A model generated the notes under the pieces. The model worked only from the letters and a program-made list of their open reading frames with translations. It did no database searches and was not told where the DNA came from. From an uncultured Opitutales bacterium (GTDB lineage Bacteria > Verrucomicrobiota > Verrucomicrobiia > Opitutales > Intestinicryptomonadaceae): a stretch of 32,000 nucleotides of DNA. The stretch lies in contig CAKUIA010000005.1 of NCBI GenBank assembly GCA_934660865.1, forward strand, positions 1 to 32,000. Direction: 5' to 3'. A program made the position numbers and the translations under genes. Every line of letters starts with the position of its first letter. Within the stretch, counting starts at the first letter, position 1. This document shows, piece after piece, positions 17,794-25,482 of the stretch.

Positions 17794-18126
17794 TTATTTA
17801 TTTATTAGTCTGAGCTCAAAGGTTTCGTTGCCCGCAATGTTGTAGTCGCCCAAAAGAAGGGCTACGCTCGAATTCTTTGCAGATTCCACAACCACCGCGG
17901 TCAATAAAACTTTGCCGTTTTTCTTTACATCGCAAAAGGCACCTATGCGGTAGTTCGAAGACGAACCTTTGTCGAGCAAAACCAAAGCGTTTTCGGAATC
18001 GGTTTTAACAACGTTTGCCCTGCGCGATACTGCCTTTGAAGCCCAAGCCGGCATAGCCGCAAAACATACCTGGCCAAGACACATAAGTGCCGCCGCCGCT
18101 ATAATATGTTTTGCGAATTTTGCCAT
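17794..18126 (-). CDS. Hypothetical exported protein (signal peptide plus ~80-aa beta-rich mature region) inserted between rpsS and rplV
   Basis: The 110-aa ORF is on the operon strand with 17-nt gaps to both neighbours. The N-terminus is MAKFAKH plus the hydrophobic IIAAAALMCLGQVCFAAMPAWA, with an AWA|S cleavage-type site. I do not recognise it as any ribosomal protein. Confidence 0.6.
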   Translation of the reverse strand: MAKFAKHIIAAAALMCLGQVCFAAMPAWASKAVSRRANVVKTDSENALVLLDKGSSSNYRIGAFCDVKKNGKVLLTAVVVESAKNSSVALLLGDYNIAGNETFELRLINK

Positions 18127-18143
18127 ATACTAAAGCCCTTTAA

Positions 18144-18422
18144 TTATTGAACAGCCTTCTTTGTGTGGGGCTGGTGGCCTTTGAAGAAACGCGTGGGAGC
18201 GAATTCGCCAAGCCTGTGGCCAACCATGTTTTCGGTTACATATACGGGCAAGAATTTGCGGCCGTTATGAACATTGAAGTTAAGACCGACAAAGTCGGGC
18301 GTTACCAAAGAGCGGCGAGACCAAGTTTGAATGGGCTTGTGCGAATTTGTTTTATGCGCTTCGTCCACCTTTTTCTGCAACTTGGGATCAACGTATGGTC
18401 CTTTTTTAATTGAGCGTGCCAT
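18144..18422 (-). CDS. rpsS: 30S ribosomal protein S19
   Basis: The product begins [15 protein letters not shown] and contains [28 protein letters not shown]. It is 92 aa. Confidence 0.95.
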   Translation of the reverse strand: MARSIKKGPYVDPKLQKKVDEAHKTNSHKPIQTWSRRSLVTPDFVGLNFNVHNGRKFLPVYVTENMVGHRLGEFAPTRFFKGHQPHTKKAVQ

Positions 18423-18426
18423 CTAA

Positions 18427-19275
18427 TTAGTTCCTTTTAAATTTTTTACCGTTGCGTCTGATAATAATAGAAGAATTCGAGGGCTTCGCCTTTCTGCGGG
18501 TCGGATAACCTTTCGAAAGCTGACCCCAAGGAGATACGGGGTGGCCGCCACCGGAAGTTTTACCTTCACCACCGCCCATCGGGTGGTCTACAGGGTTCAT
18601 TGCAACACCTCTTACTCTCGGCCTGCGACCCAACCAACGACGGCGGCCCGCTTTGCCCAAGCTTTGGTTTGCGTGCTCGGAATTGCCTACAACACCGACA
18701 ACTGCGCGGCAGTTTGCCGATACCTTACGGATTTCGCCGCTGGGCATTTTAATTGTTGCAACTTCGCCTTCTACTGCAACCAACTGAGCCGAAGAACCGG
18801 CCGATTTGGCCAATTTTGCGCCCAAGCCGGGATACATTTCTACGGCGTGGATTACAGTGGCTGCGGGCAAGTCTTTAAGGGGCATTGCCAAGCCAACGGG
18901 AAATTCCGACTGCTTTTTGTTTGTAGAAAGGATTGTGTCGCCCTTCTTGAGACCTTCGGGAGCCAAGATGTATCTTTTTTCGCCGTTTTCGTACGATACC
19001 AACGCGATGTAAGCCGTGCGGTAGGGGTCGTATTCTATTGCAACAACCTTGGCGGGAACGTCGAGAATGTCGCGTTTAAAGTCTATGCGACGATACAACT
19101 TTTTGTGGCCGCCGCCTCTGCGACGAGACGTGATTCTGCCGTAGCAGTTTCTGCCTTTTGCGCTTTGGATTCTTTCGGTAAGCGAAGCTTCGGGACGCTT
19201 GTCGTCAACTTCGTGTCTGGACAATTCCAAAAAGCGTTGAGCCGGTGTCTTGGGATTTCTTTTAATAATTGCCAT
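18427..19275 (-). CDS. rplB: 50S ribosomal protein L2
   Basis: The product contains RRRGGGHKKLYRRIDFKR, GRRPRVRGVAMNPVDHPMGGGEGK. It is 282 aa. Confidence 0.95.
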   Translation of the reverse strand: MAIIKRNPKTPAQRFLELSRHEVDDKRPEASLTERIQSAKGRNCYGRITSRRRGGGHKKLYRRIDFKRDILDVPAKVVAIEYDPYRTAYIALVSYENGEKRYILAPEGLKKGDTILSTNKKQSEFPVGLAMPLKDLPAATVIHAVEMYPGLGAKLAKSAGSSAQLVAVEGEVATIKMPSGEIRKVSANCRAVVGVVGNSEHANQSLGKAGRRRWLGRRPRVRGVAMNPVDHPMGGGEGKTSGGGHPVSPWGQLSKGYPTRRKAKPSNSSIIIRRNGKKFKRN

Positions 19276-19288
19276 CTTTAACGCCTTC

Positions 19289-19582
19289 CTATGCTAATTG
19301 AATGCTTTCGCCTTTGGCCAATGTAACAATGGCTTTCTTCATGCGGCCAGTTATGCCGACACTGCCCCTCTTTATGCGCGAGAGCTTTACCTTGCCTTTT
19401 ACATTTACCGTGTTCACATTCTTTACCTTAACGCCGTAAAACTTTTCAACGGCCGCCGCAATTTCGGTTGCGGTTGCGTCTTTGGCTACTTCGAAGGTGT
19501 ATTTGTTTTCGTTAGACTGAAGCAAGCTTGCCTTTTCGGTAAGTCTGTAAGCCTTTAGAATTTTTTCGGGAGATACTGTCAT
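19289..19582 (-). CDS. rplW: 50S ribosomal protein L23
   Basis: The product contains RLTEKAS, YTFEVAKDATATEIAAAVEKFYGVKVKNVNTVN. It is 97 aa. Confidence 0.92.
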   Translation of the reverse strand: MTVSPEKILKAYRLTEKASLLQSNENKYTFEVAKDATATEIAAAVEKFYGVKVKNVNTVNVKGKVKLSRIKRGSVGITGRMKKAIVTLAKGESIQLA

Positions 19583-19594
19583 TTTCGCTACTCC

Positions 19595-20221
19595 TTACTT
19601 GTTGTTTGCGCGAGCCAAAATGGTGTTTAACGCATTTTCGCTTGCAATTATGCTGTTGAATGTAACCAATTCCATCGCGCTGATTGTGTCGGATTCGCAG
19701 AGGTAAACTCTTGCGATGTTGCGGCTGGAGAGGATTACATTGTCGGCGAAGGTGTCGTCGATAATCAAAACTTTGCCCTTGGGGCTGATTTTGTCGATTA
19801 CCGAAACCATGGCTTTTGTTTTTGCCGCGGCATCGTCGAACTTTTCGATTACGTTAAGGCCGCCTTCGGAAACTTTGTCGAACAAAGCCCTTGCCAAAGC
19901 AAGCTTCTTAACTTTTTTGTTGATTTTAAGAGACCAGTCGAAAGGCTTAGGACCAAACACAACAGCACCGCCGCGATGAATGGGGCTTTTTGTAGTACCC
20001 TGACGACCGCGACCCGTACCCTTCTGCTTGAAAGGTTTTTTGCAGGTGCCACCGACATGACCGTAGTCGAGTGTAGAAGCGTTGCCCTGTCTTGCGTTGG
20101 CCTGATAGGCTACTATTGTTTCCTTTAACGCGAAAAGACCTTTGTCTCCTTCAAATGCAGGAATGTCGAAATCCTTTTCAACAAAACTGCTAGCGTCTGA
20201 TTTGTAAAGCTTAAGTTTCAT
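19595..20221 (-). CDS. rplD: 50S ribosomal protein L4
   Basis: The product contains KKPFKQKGTGRGRQGTTKSPIHRGGAVVFGPKP. It is 208 aa, with an AAGGAG RBS upstream. Confidence 0.95.
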   Translation of the reverse strand: MKLKLYKSDASSFVEKDFDIPAFEGDKGLFALKETIVAYQANARQGNASTLDYGHVGGTCKKPFKQKGTGRGRQGTTKSPIHRGGAVVFGPKPFDWSLKINKKVKKLALARALFDKVSEGGLNVIEKFDDAAAKTKAMVSVIDKISPKGKVLIIDDTFADNVILSSRNIARVYLCESDTISAMELVTFNSIIASENALNTILARANNK

Positions 20222-20234
20222 TTAAAAAGACTCC

Positions 20235-20864
20235 TTATTTTGCTTTTTTTGCCGTGCGGACAAAAACGGTTTCGCCCTTGGAACCGGGAACGCTTCCCTT
20301 GATGAGAAGAATGTTTTTGTCTTCCAATACCTTAACAACCGTAAGATTCTGGGTTGTTCTGCGAACTTGGCCCATGTGGCCGGGCATCTTTCTGCCCTTG
20401 TAAACGTGGCCGGGAGTTTGGCGGCAGCCAACGGAACCCGTTCTGCGGTGCATCATGTGGCCGTGGGTTTCAGGCTGACCTTCAAATCCGTAGCGTTTCA
20501 TTGCGCCTTGGAAGCCCTTACCTTTTGTCAAACCGATAATATCTACCTTTTGACCGGCTGCGAATTTCGAGGCGGTAAGAACGTCGCCAACTTTGTATTC
20601 GCCTTCGGGAGAACGGAATTCAACCAATTCGGTTACGGGTTCTGCGCCCGCTTTTTTTAGGTGCCCGAGCTCGGCTTTCGACATACGAGATTCTTTTTGC
20701 GCGCCAAAACCGATTTGAACTGCGCTATAGCCGTCGCTCTGAGCAGATTTTACTTGTGTAACGGGGCAGGGACCTGCTTGAACAACAGTCACCGCAACGA
20801 GAACGTTATCCCCGTCGAAAACTTGGGTCATACCCAATTTTTTACCTATAAGTACTAAGCTCAT
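20235..20864 (-). CDS. rplC: 50S ribosomal protein L3 (first gene of the cluster)
   Basis: The product begins MSLVLIGKKLGMTQVF and contains GKGFQGAMKRYGF and HGHMMHRRTGSVG. It is 209 aa. No obvious Shine-Dalgarno sequence lies upstream. Confidence 0.95.
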   Translation of the reverse strand: MSLVLIGKKLGMTQVFDGDNVLVAVTVVQAGPCPVTQVKSAQSDGYSAVQIGFGAQKESRMSKAELGHLKKAGAEPVTELVEFRSPEGEYKVGDVLTASKFAAGQKVDIIGLTKGKGFQGAMKRYGFEGQPETHGHMMHRRTGSVGCRQTPGHVYKGRKMPGHMGQVRRTTQNLTVVKVLEDKNILLIKGSVPGSKGETVFVRTAKKAK

Positions 20865-20973
20865 TTTTTCTAAGAGGCAGGCGGTAATTCGGCTTTTTAA
20901 GCCAATTCACTTTATACCTGCGTTAGCGTTAATATTGTTTGTTTATGCTTTTTCTTTAATGAAGAAAGTGCTA

Positions 20974-21002
20974 AATAGTGCCCTTTTAATGTTTAAAGTC
21001 AA
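20974..21002 (-). promoter_or_regulatory. Weak sigma70-like promoter candidate for the ribosomal cluster
   Basis: On the - strand: TTGACT (20997-21002), a 17-nt spacer, then ACTATT (20974-20979). It lies immediately downstream of the A/T-tract array and would give a ~110-nt leader to rplC. The -10 match is poor. Confidence 0.25.
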
Positions 21003-21011
21003 CAACTTTTT

Positions 21012-21371
21012 AAAAAATTTTTAATTTTTTTATAAGATTTTTAAAAATTTTTCGGTTTTTGCAAAAATTTGGCGGTTTTTTGTAAAAAAATTTAGCTCCC
21101 CCCAAAAAAATTTTTAGTTTTTTTACAAAAAAAGCCATTTTTTTGCCGTTTTGCGAAAATTTTTTTTACGATTTTTAAAAATTTTTCACTTTTTCGATTT
21201 TTTAAGCTGCGGCAAAGGAAATTTTTTGCGGGAAAATTTTTCATATTTTTGGCCGTAGGGCAAAATTTCGGGATTTTTTTACAAAATAAAAATTTTACAA
21301 AAATCGGCAAAAATTTGTCGGGCATTTTACCGCAAGCAAAAAAAATATTTTGCGCAAGCCGCCACAAATTT
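21012..21371. repeat. Array of 13 AnTn tracts (A3-7 directly followed by T3-8) separated by short GC clusters; non-coding
   Basis: A-to-T junctions counted by hand at 21017, 21047, 21067, 21090, 21110, 21159, 21181, 21221, 21236, 21265, 21292, 21313 and 21368. It lies between the kinase terminator and rplC. Confidence 0.8.
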
Positions 21372-21411
21372 GAAAAAAAACGCCCCTTTTCGCAAAAAAC
21401 GAAAAGGGACG
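21372..21411 (-). terminator. Rho-independent terminator of the PfkB kinase gene
   Basis: On the - strand: CCCTTTTCG-TTTTTTG-CGAAAAGGG, followed by GCG+T8. Confidence 0.8.
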
Positions 21412-21468
21412 GTCAAGAGTTTACTATCTCTTATATACTATATACTGATGAAAAATTTTACCGACAAA

Positions 21469-22560
21469 CTAGCGGTCTACACGCGCAGAACCGCCGCCCG
21501 CCAATTTTTCGACTTCCTTTAGGCGCGCCATAGAGGTGTCGCCGGGGGTTGTCATTGCCAAAGCGCCGTGCGCCGCGCCGAAGTTTACGGCCTTTTGGGG
21601 GTCGCCCAATTCCATAAGCCCGTAAACAAAGCCGCTGGCAAAAGAATCGCCGCCGCCTACTCTGTCGAAAATCTCCAAGCCGGGGAATTTTTTTGATTCG
21701 TAGAACTTGCCGTCTTTCCAGCAAACTGCCGACCAGTCGTTTATGGTTGCGGTTTTTACGTCTCTTAGCGTTGTGGCAACCGCCTTAAAGTTGGGGTAGG
21801 TCTTTACAACCGTCTGAATCATTTTTTTGAAAGATTCAACCTGAATGTTGCCTATTTCCTTTGTAACGCCTTCAACTTCAAAGCCCAAGCAGGCGGTAAA
21901 GTCTTCTTCATTGCCAATCATAACATCTACATACTGGGCAATTTGTTTGTTTACCGCCCTGCACTTTTCCAAACCGCCAATGCTTTTCCATAGCGACGGC
22001 CTGTAGTTTAGGTCGTACGAAACTATTGTGCCGTATTCCTTTGCCTTTTTTACGGCTTCGAGCACCAAATTATACGAATTTTCGCTTAGCGAAGCAAAAA
22101 TACCGCCGGTATGCAGCCAGCGAACGCCCAATTTGCCGAAAATATAGTCGAAATCGAAATCGCCAACCTTCATTTGCGACGCCGCCGACAAGCCCCTGTC
22201 GGAGCAGCCAACCGCGCCTCTAACGCCGTAGCCGCGTTCGGTAAAATTCAAGCCGTTTCTTACAGTGCGGCCTATGCCGTCGAAAGGCACCCACTTTATA
22301 AGAGAAGTGTCTACACCGCCTTGACATACAAAATCTTCAAGCAAATAGCCCACTTCGTTTTCGGCAAAAGCGGTAAGCACGCCCGCCCTAAGGCCGAAGC
22401 ACTTTTTAAGACCTCTGGCAACGTTGTATTCGCCGCCGCCCTCCCATACATTGAACGAGCGTGCGGTTCTTATTCTGCCTTCGCCTGGGTCTAACCTAAG
22501 CATAATTTCGCCGAGCGACAATATATCGTAGGCGCAGTCTTTTTTGTCTTTAATATTCAT
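21469..22560 (-). CDS. PfkB-family sugar kinase (2-dehydro-3-deoxygluconokinase-like)
   Basis: The 363-aa product has the N-terminal GEIMLRLDP...GGGEYNVA pattern. It also has the C-terminal PfkB signature DRVGGGDSFASGFVYGL. Substrate cannot be fixed from sequence alone. Confidence 0.8.
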   Translation of the reverse strand: MNIKDKKDCAYDILSLGEIMLRLDPGEGRIRTARSFNVWEGGGEYNVARGLKKCFGLRAGVLTAFAENEVGYLLEDFVCQGGVDTSLIKWVPFDGIGRTVRNGLNFTERGYGVRGAVGCSDRGLSAASQMKVGDFDFDYIFGKLGVRWLHTGGIFASLSENSYNLVLEAVKKAKEYGTIVSYDLNYRPSLWKSIGGLEKCRAVNKQIAQYVDVMIGNEEDFTACLGFEVEGVTKEIGNIQVESFKKMIQTVVKTYPNFKAVATTLRDVKTATINDWSAVCWKDGKFYESKKFPGLEIFDRVGGGDSFASGFVYGLMELGDPQKAVNFGAAHGALAMTTPGDTSMARLKEVEKLAGGGSARVDR

Positions 22561-22668
22561 AATTGTGTATGTTTGGTAAAGTTTGCCGCCTTTTTTAGGT
22601 TTTGCAAATAAATTTTATATACCCCGACTATTTTTTTAACATTAACCCAACAAGCCGCCGTTGTGGTG

Positions 22669-24573
22669 CTACTTTTGCGCGTTGCGCAATTTTTGGCATT
22701 TTAAGACCGCCTGCATAAACTCGGTGTAGTAGCTTTCGTTTTCGCCCTTAGTTAGGGGAATTTGTACGGATTTTCGGCCGTTCAACTCTTTAGACAAGAA
22801 ATCCAAAGCCTCTTTGCCGTCTATGCTGCCTACTATGCCGTAAAACTTCGAGCCGCTAAACAGCGCCGCCCCCACGAAACTGCCGCCCGAAACGCCGTAT
22901 ACACTTCCCAAAAGCGGGTATAATTGGGCAAAATTCTCCTTTATTTCGCCCGAAGCGAACAGCACCGACGCCGTTTTCGAATCGGGGGCTGCGGCCAATT
23001 CAAGTTCGGGAGAAAGCTTTGCCATTTGTTGGGGGATTTCCACCAAAACATAGTCGAAATTATCGCCGCAAAGCAAAAGTTTGTCGGCCTTAAACGAAAG
23101 GGTTTTTGTAGTGCACTGCCTTCTTGCCATAACCGAAAGCGAATATACGCCGCCTTTGCCTATCTCGCGCCAGTCTAGCCCAAGAGCCTTAAAGGAAACC
23201 ACAATATACGACTTTTGCCCAATGCCAACCGAAATTGCGCTTGTTTTTTTCGACAAAGACTCGTTTAAAAAGTGGTCTTCAAAAATGTCTATTTGCACGC
23301 TCCAGGGCGACTGCCCCGAAAACGCCAAAACCGAAAGCGCGTTTGCCCGGCTTTGCTGCGGCTTTTTTAGATATGCCGAAAAGGCCAAAAAAGCCCCCGC
23401 AAAAAACACAGCAAAAAAGACGTATACAACCGCCATTCTGAATAAAGTTTTGCGCCTTTTGCCGCTTTCGTCTTTCAGGCTTTCGGCCAAATATTTTCGC
23501 GGCAGCAACACCGCCGAAACAAACAGCGACAATCCGAAAAACACGCCCCACCTAAAAAATTCGCCGTACCTAAAAACCGCGTAGGCAAGCTGGTCTTCTA
23601 CATATCCTTTAAGCGCCGAAAACGATTTTACCGAATTTTTTGCCGCGCGCGAAAAGAACTTGGGGTGTCGGGCCGCAACGGCCATTGCGGCCGGCCCTTT
23701 GCGGAGCGCGGCATACGCTGCGTCCATACCCTTTTGCCCGTTTTTTGCGACAAAATCGAAAACCTCCTGCGAATAGTCGCCGCCCAATGCAAGCACTTTT
23801 TCAAGCTTTTTTGCGTTTGCGGGGTTTTCCCTTAAAAGGCGCGTAAAATATTTTACCGCCTCCATATTTTTGGCGTTTTTCATCACAAGCGAAAACTGAC
23901 CAAAACTGTGCGAATTTTTCCACAAATCCGAAACGGGAACAACGCCCTCTTTTATTATGCTTGCGGCCTCGCCTTTCGGGGCTTTTAGCGCGGTTTTTAC
24001 CGTGCCTTCGAAAGCGTCGCACAATGGTTTCGACAAATTGCCAGTTTTTTTAAGCACCTTTAACGCCGAAAACGACGCGTCGGCCGGCGGGAAGAGCGTA
24101 GTTAAAATCCCCGCCGACGAAAACGCCACAACAAAGGCGTCGCTTTCGTCTTCGAAAAACGACTCCCTTACAATGTCGCGTATGTCGCCGTAAATAAGAA
24201 GGTCGCCCAAAACGGAGCCCGAAAGCGAGTCTATGCCGTCGGCCTTGCCCGTAATAAAGCCCTTGCCTACGGCAATAACCCTGCCCTTTGCGCTTTTTCG
24301 CTCGGCAATCCGCTTTAGGTAGTCGTTATACAGCTCGCCGCAGGCGGCCGAATCGCCCAAGTTGTTTTCCACAACATATTCCAATGCAGCCAAAGCGGTA
24401 AAGTCGTTGCCCTGCTTCCACTGTTTTTGCGCGTACGAATAGTAGTCGAAATCGGCAAGGTTTTCGTTCTCGGCAAGAGTGTTTATGTTCTGCACCGCGC
24501 ACAGCCAATACATCAATAGGGCCGCAACCGCAACACCCGCAAGCCTAAACAAAAACTTTATGCACCCTAACAT
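22669..24573 (-). CDS. Hypothetical multi-domain membrane protein
   Basis: The 634-aa product has an N-terminal TM helix (FRLAGVAVAALLMYWLCAV). Two central TM helices follow (~WGVFFGLSLFVSAVLL and MAVVYVFFAVFFAGAFLAFSAYL). Its start is 6 nt after the pssA stop. No family was recognised. Confidence 0.65.
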   Translation of the reverse strand: MLGCIKFLFRLAGVAVAALLMYWLCAVQNINTLAENENLADFDYYSYAQKQWKQGNDFTALAALEYVVENNLGDSAACGELYNDYLKRIAERKSAKGRVIAVGKGFITGKADGIDSLSGSVLGDLLIYGDIRDIVRESFFEDESDAFVVAFSSAGILTTLFPPADASFSALKVLKKTGNLSKPLCDAFEGTVKTALKAPKGEAASIIKEGVVPVSDLWKNSHSFGQFSLVMKNAKNMEAVKYFTRLLRENPANAKKLEKVLALGGDYSQEVFDFVAKNGQKGMDAAYAALRKGPAAMAVAARHPKFFSRAAKNSVKSFSALKGYVEDQLAYAVFRYGEFFRWGVFFGLSLFVSAVLLPRKYLAESLKDESGKRRKTLFRMAVVYVFFAVFFAGAFLAFSAYLKKPQQSRANALSVLAFSGQSPWSVQIDIFEDHFLNESLSKKTSAISVGIGQKSYIVVSFKALGLDWREIGKGGVYSLSVMARRQCTTKTLSFKADKLLLCGDNFDYVLVEIPQQMAKLSPELELAAAPDSKTASVLFASGEIKENFAQLYPLLGSVYGVSGGSFVGAALFSGSKFYGIVGSIDGKEALDFLSKELNGRKSVQIPLTKGENESYYTEFMQAVLKCQKLRNAQK

Positions 24574-24579
24574 ATTGCG

Positions 24580-25482
24580 CTATTTGCCCGAGCGCTTTTT
24601 TAGATAGCGCAAAATTTTCATCATTCTGGGCATATATTTTGCGGGCGAATAGAACGCATAGCTTAAAAAGATTATGCTAAAGCTGTATTCCTTAAAATAT
24701 ACAATTAAAAATATGCACGCGATTATAACAACAAAGGTTCTAAACTTTGCGCTGGTGTTCCAATTTATGTGCTTGAAAGTCGGATACGGAATGCTGCTTA
24801 CCATAAACCACGCAATAAGCAGCATTAGCGGTATTAAAAATATGGCGTAAAACTTCAGGTTAAGCGTAAAAAGCGTCAACGCAATAGAGGCGACAACGCC
24901 GGCCGCCGCGGGAGCGGGCAAACCGCTAAAGTCGCCCTTTTCGTACTTTTCGTGCCCCATAATATACGGATTTGTAAGCACGTTAAAGCGCGCCAGCCTT
25001 ACGCACGCGCAAAGCAGATATATAAAGCCCACAAAAAAGCCCACGCTGCCCATATAGGCCTGCAAAAAGTCGGGCAATTCGCTTACGGGCTTAAGCACTA
25101 TAAATATCATAAGCAGCGACGGAGCCACCCCGAAGGAAACCGTGTCGGCAATGGAATCGAACTCTTTGCCGAATAGCGATGATTTGCCCGAAGCCCTTGC
25201 CGCCCTGCCGTCGAGACAGTCGCAAAATACCGAAAGCAAAATGCACAAAATCGCCAAAAGATAGTAGCTTTGGCTTAAGTCGGCGTTAAGCGAAAGCGAG
25301 GGAGCAAGCATATTCGACAGCTTGTGAAAACCCGAGCCTTCTATGGGGCAAAACCTGCCCAAAATGCACAACACCATCGAGGAAAATCCGAAAAACAAAT
25401 TCCCCGCCGTAAAGAAATTGGGCAAGAGGTAAATCTTGCTCGCCTGATGAACATTGCTCCAAAGAGTGTTTTTTTCGCCCAT
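24580..25482 (-). CDS. pssA: CDP-alcohol phosphatidyltransferase, phosphatidylserine-synthase-like
   Basis: The 300-aa product carries the motif DCLDGRAARASGKSSLFGKEFDSIADTVSFG, i.e. D-G-x2-A-R-x8-G-x3-D-x3-D. It is polytopic, and its N-terminal LPNFFTAGNLFFGF is typical of PssA-type enzymes. Confidence 0.8.
   Translation of the reverse strand: MGEKNTLWSNVHQASKIYLLPNFFTAGNLFFGFSSMVLCILGRFCPIEGSGFHKLSNMLAPSLSLNADLSQSYYLLAILCILLSVFCDCLDGRAARASGKSSLFGKEFDSIADTVSFGVAPSLLMIFIVLKPVSELPDFLQAYMGSVGFFVGFIYLLCACVRLARFNVLTNPYIMGHEKYEKGDFSGLPAPAAAGVVASIALTLFTLNLKFYAIFLIPLMLLIAWFMVSSIPYPTFKHINWNTSAKFRTFVVIIACIFLIVYFKEYSFSIIFLSYAFYSPAKYMPRMMKILRYLKKRSGK

Noticed and set aside
21098-21115. C6-A7-T5 homopolymer run considered as a phase-variation slip site
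   Set aside because: It lies in non-coding DNA with no adjacent contingency-type gene. The tracts are short compared with known phase-variable repeats.
21092-21367. 91-aa minus-strand ORF inside the A/T-tract array
   Set aside because: Its K/F/N-rich low-complexity translation simply mirrors the AAAATTTT repeats. It has no RBS and no domain-like features. I treat the region as non-coding.
20865-21468. Possibility that the A/T-rich gap is a replication origin (oriC)
   Set aside because: I could find no TTATCCACA-type DnaA boxes on either strand; the closest is GCCGCCACA at ~21358. There is no dnaA/dnaN neighbourhood, and gene orientation does not switch here.
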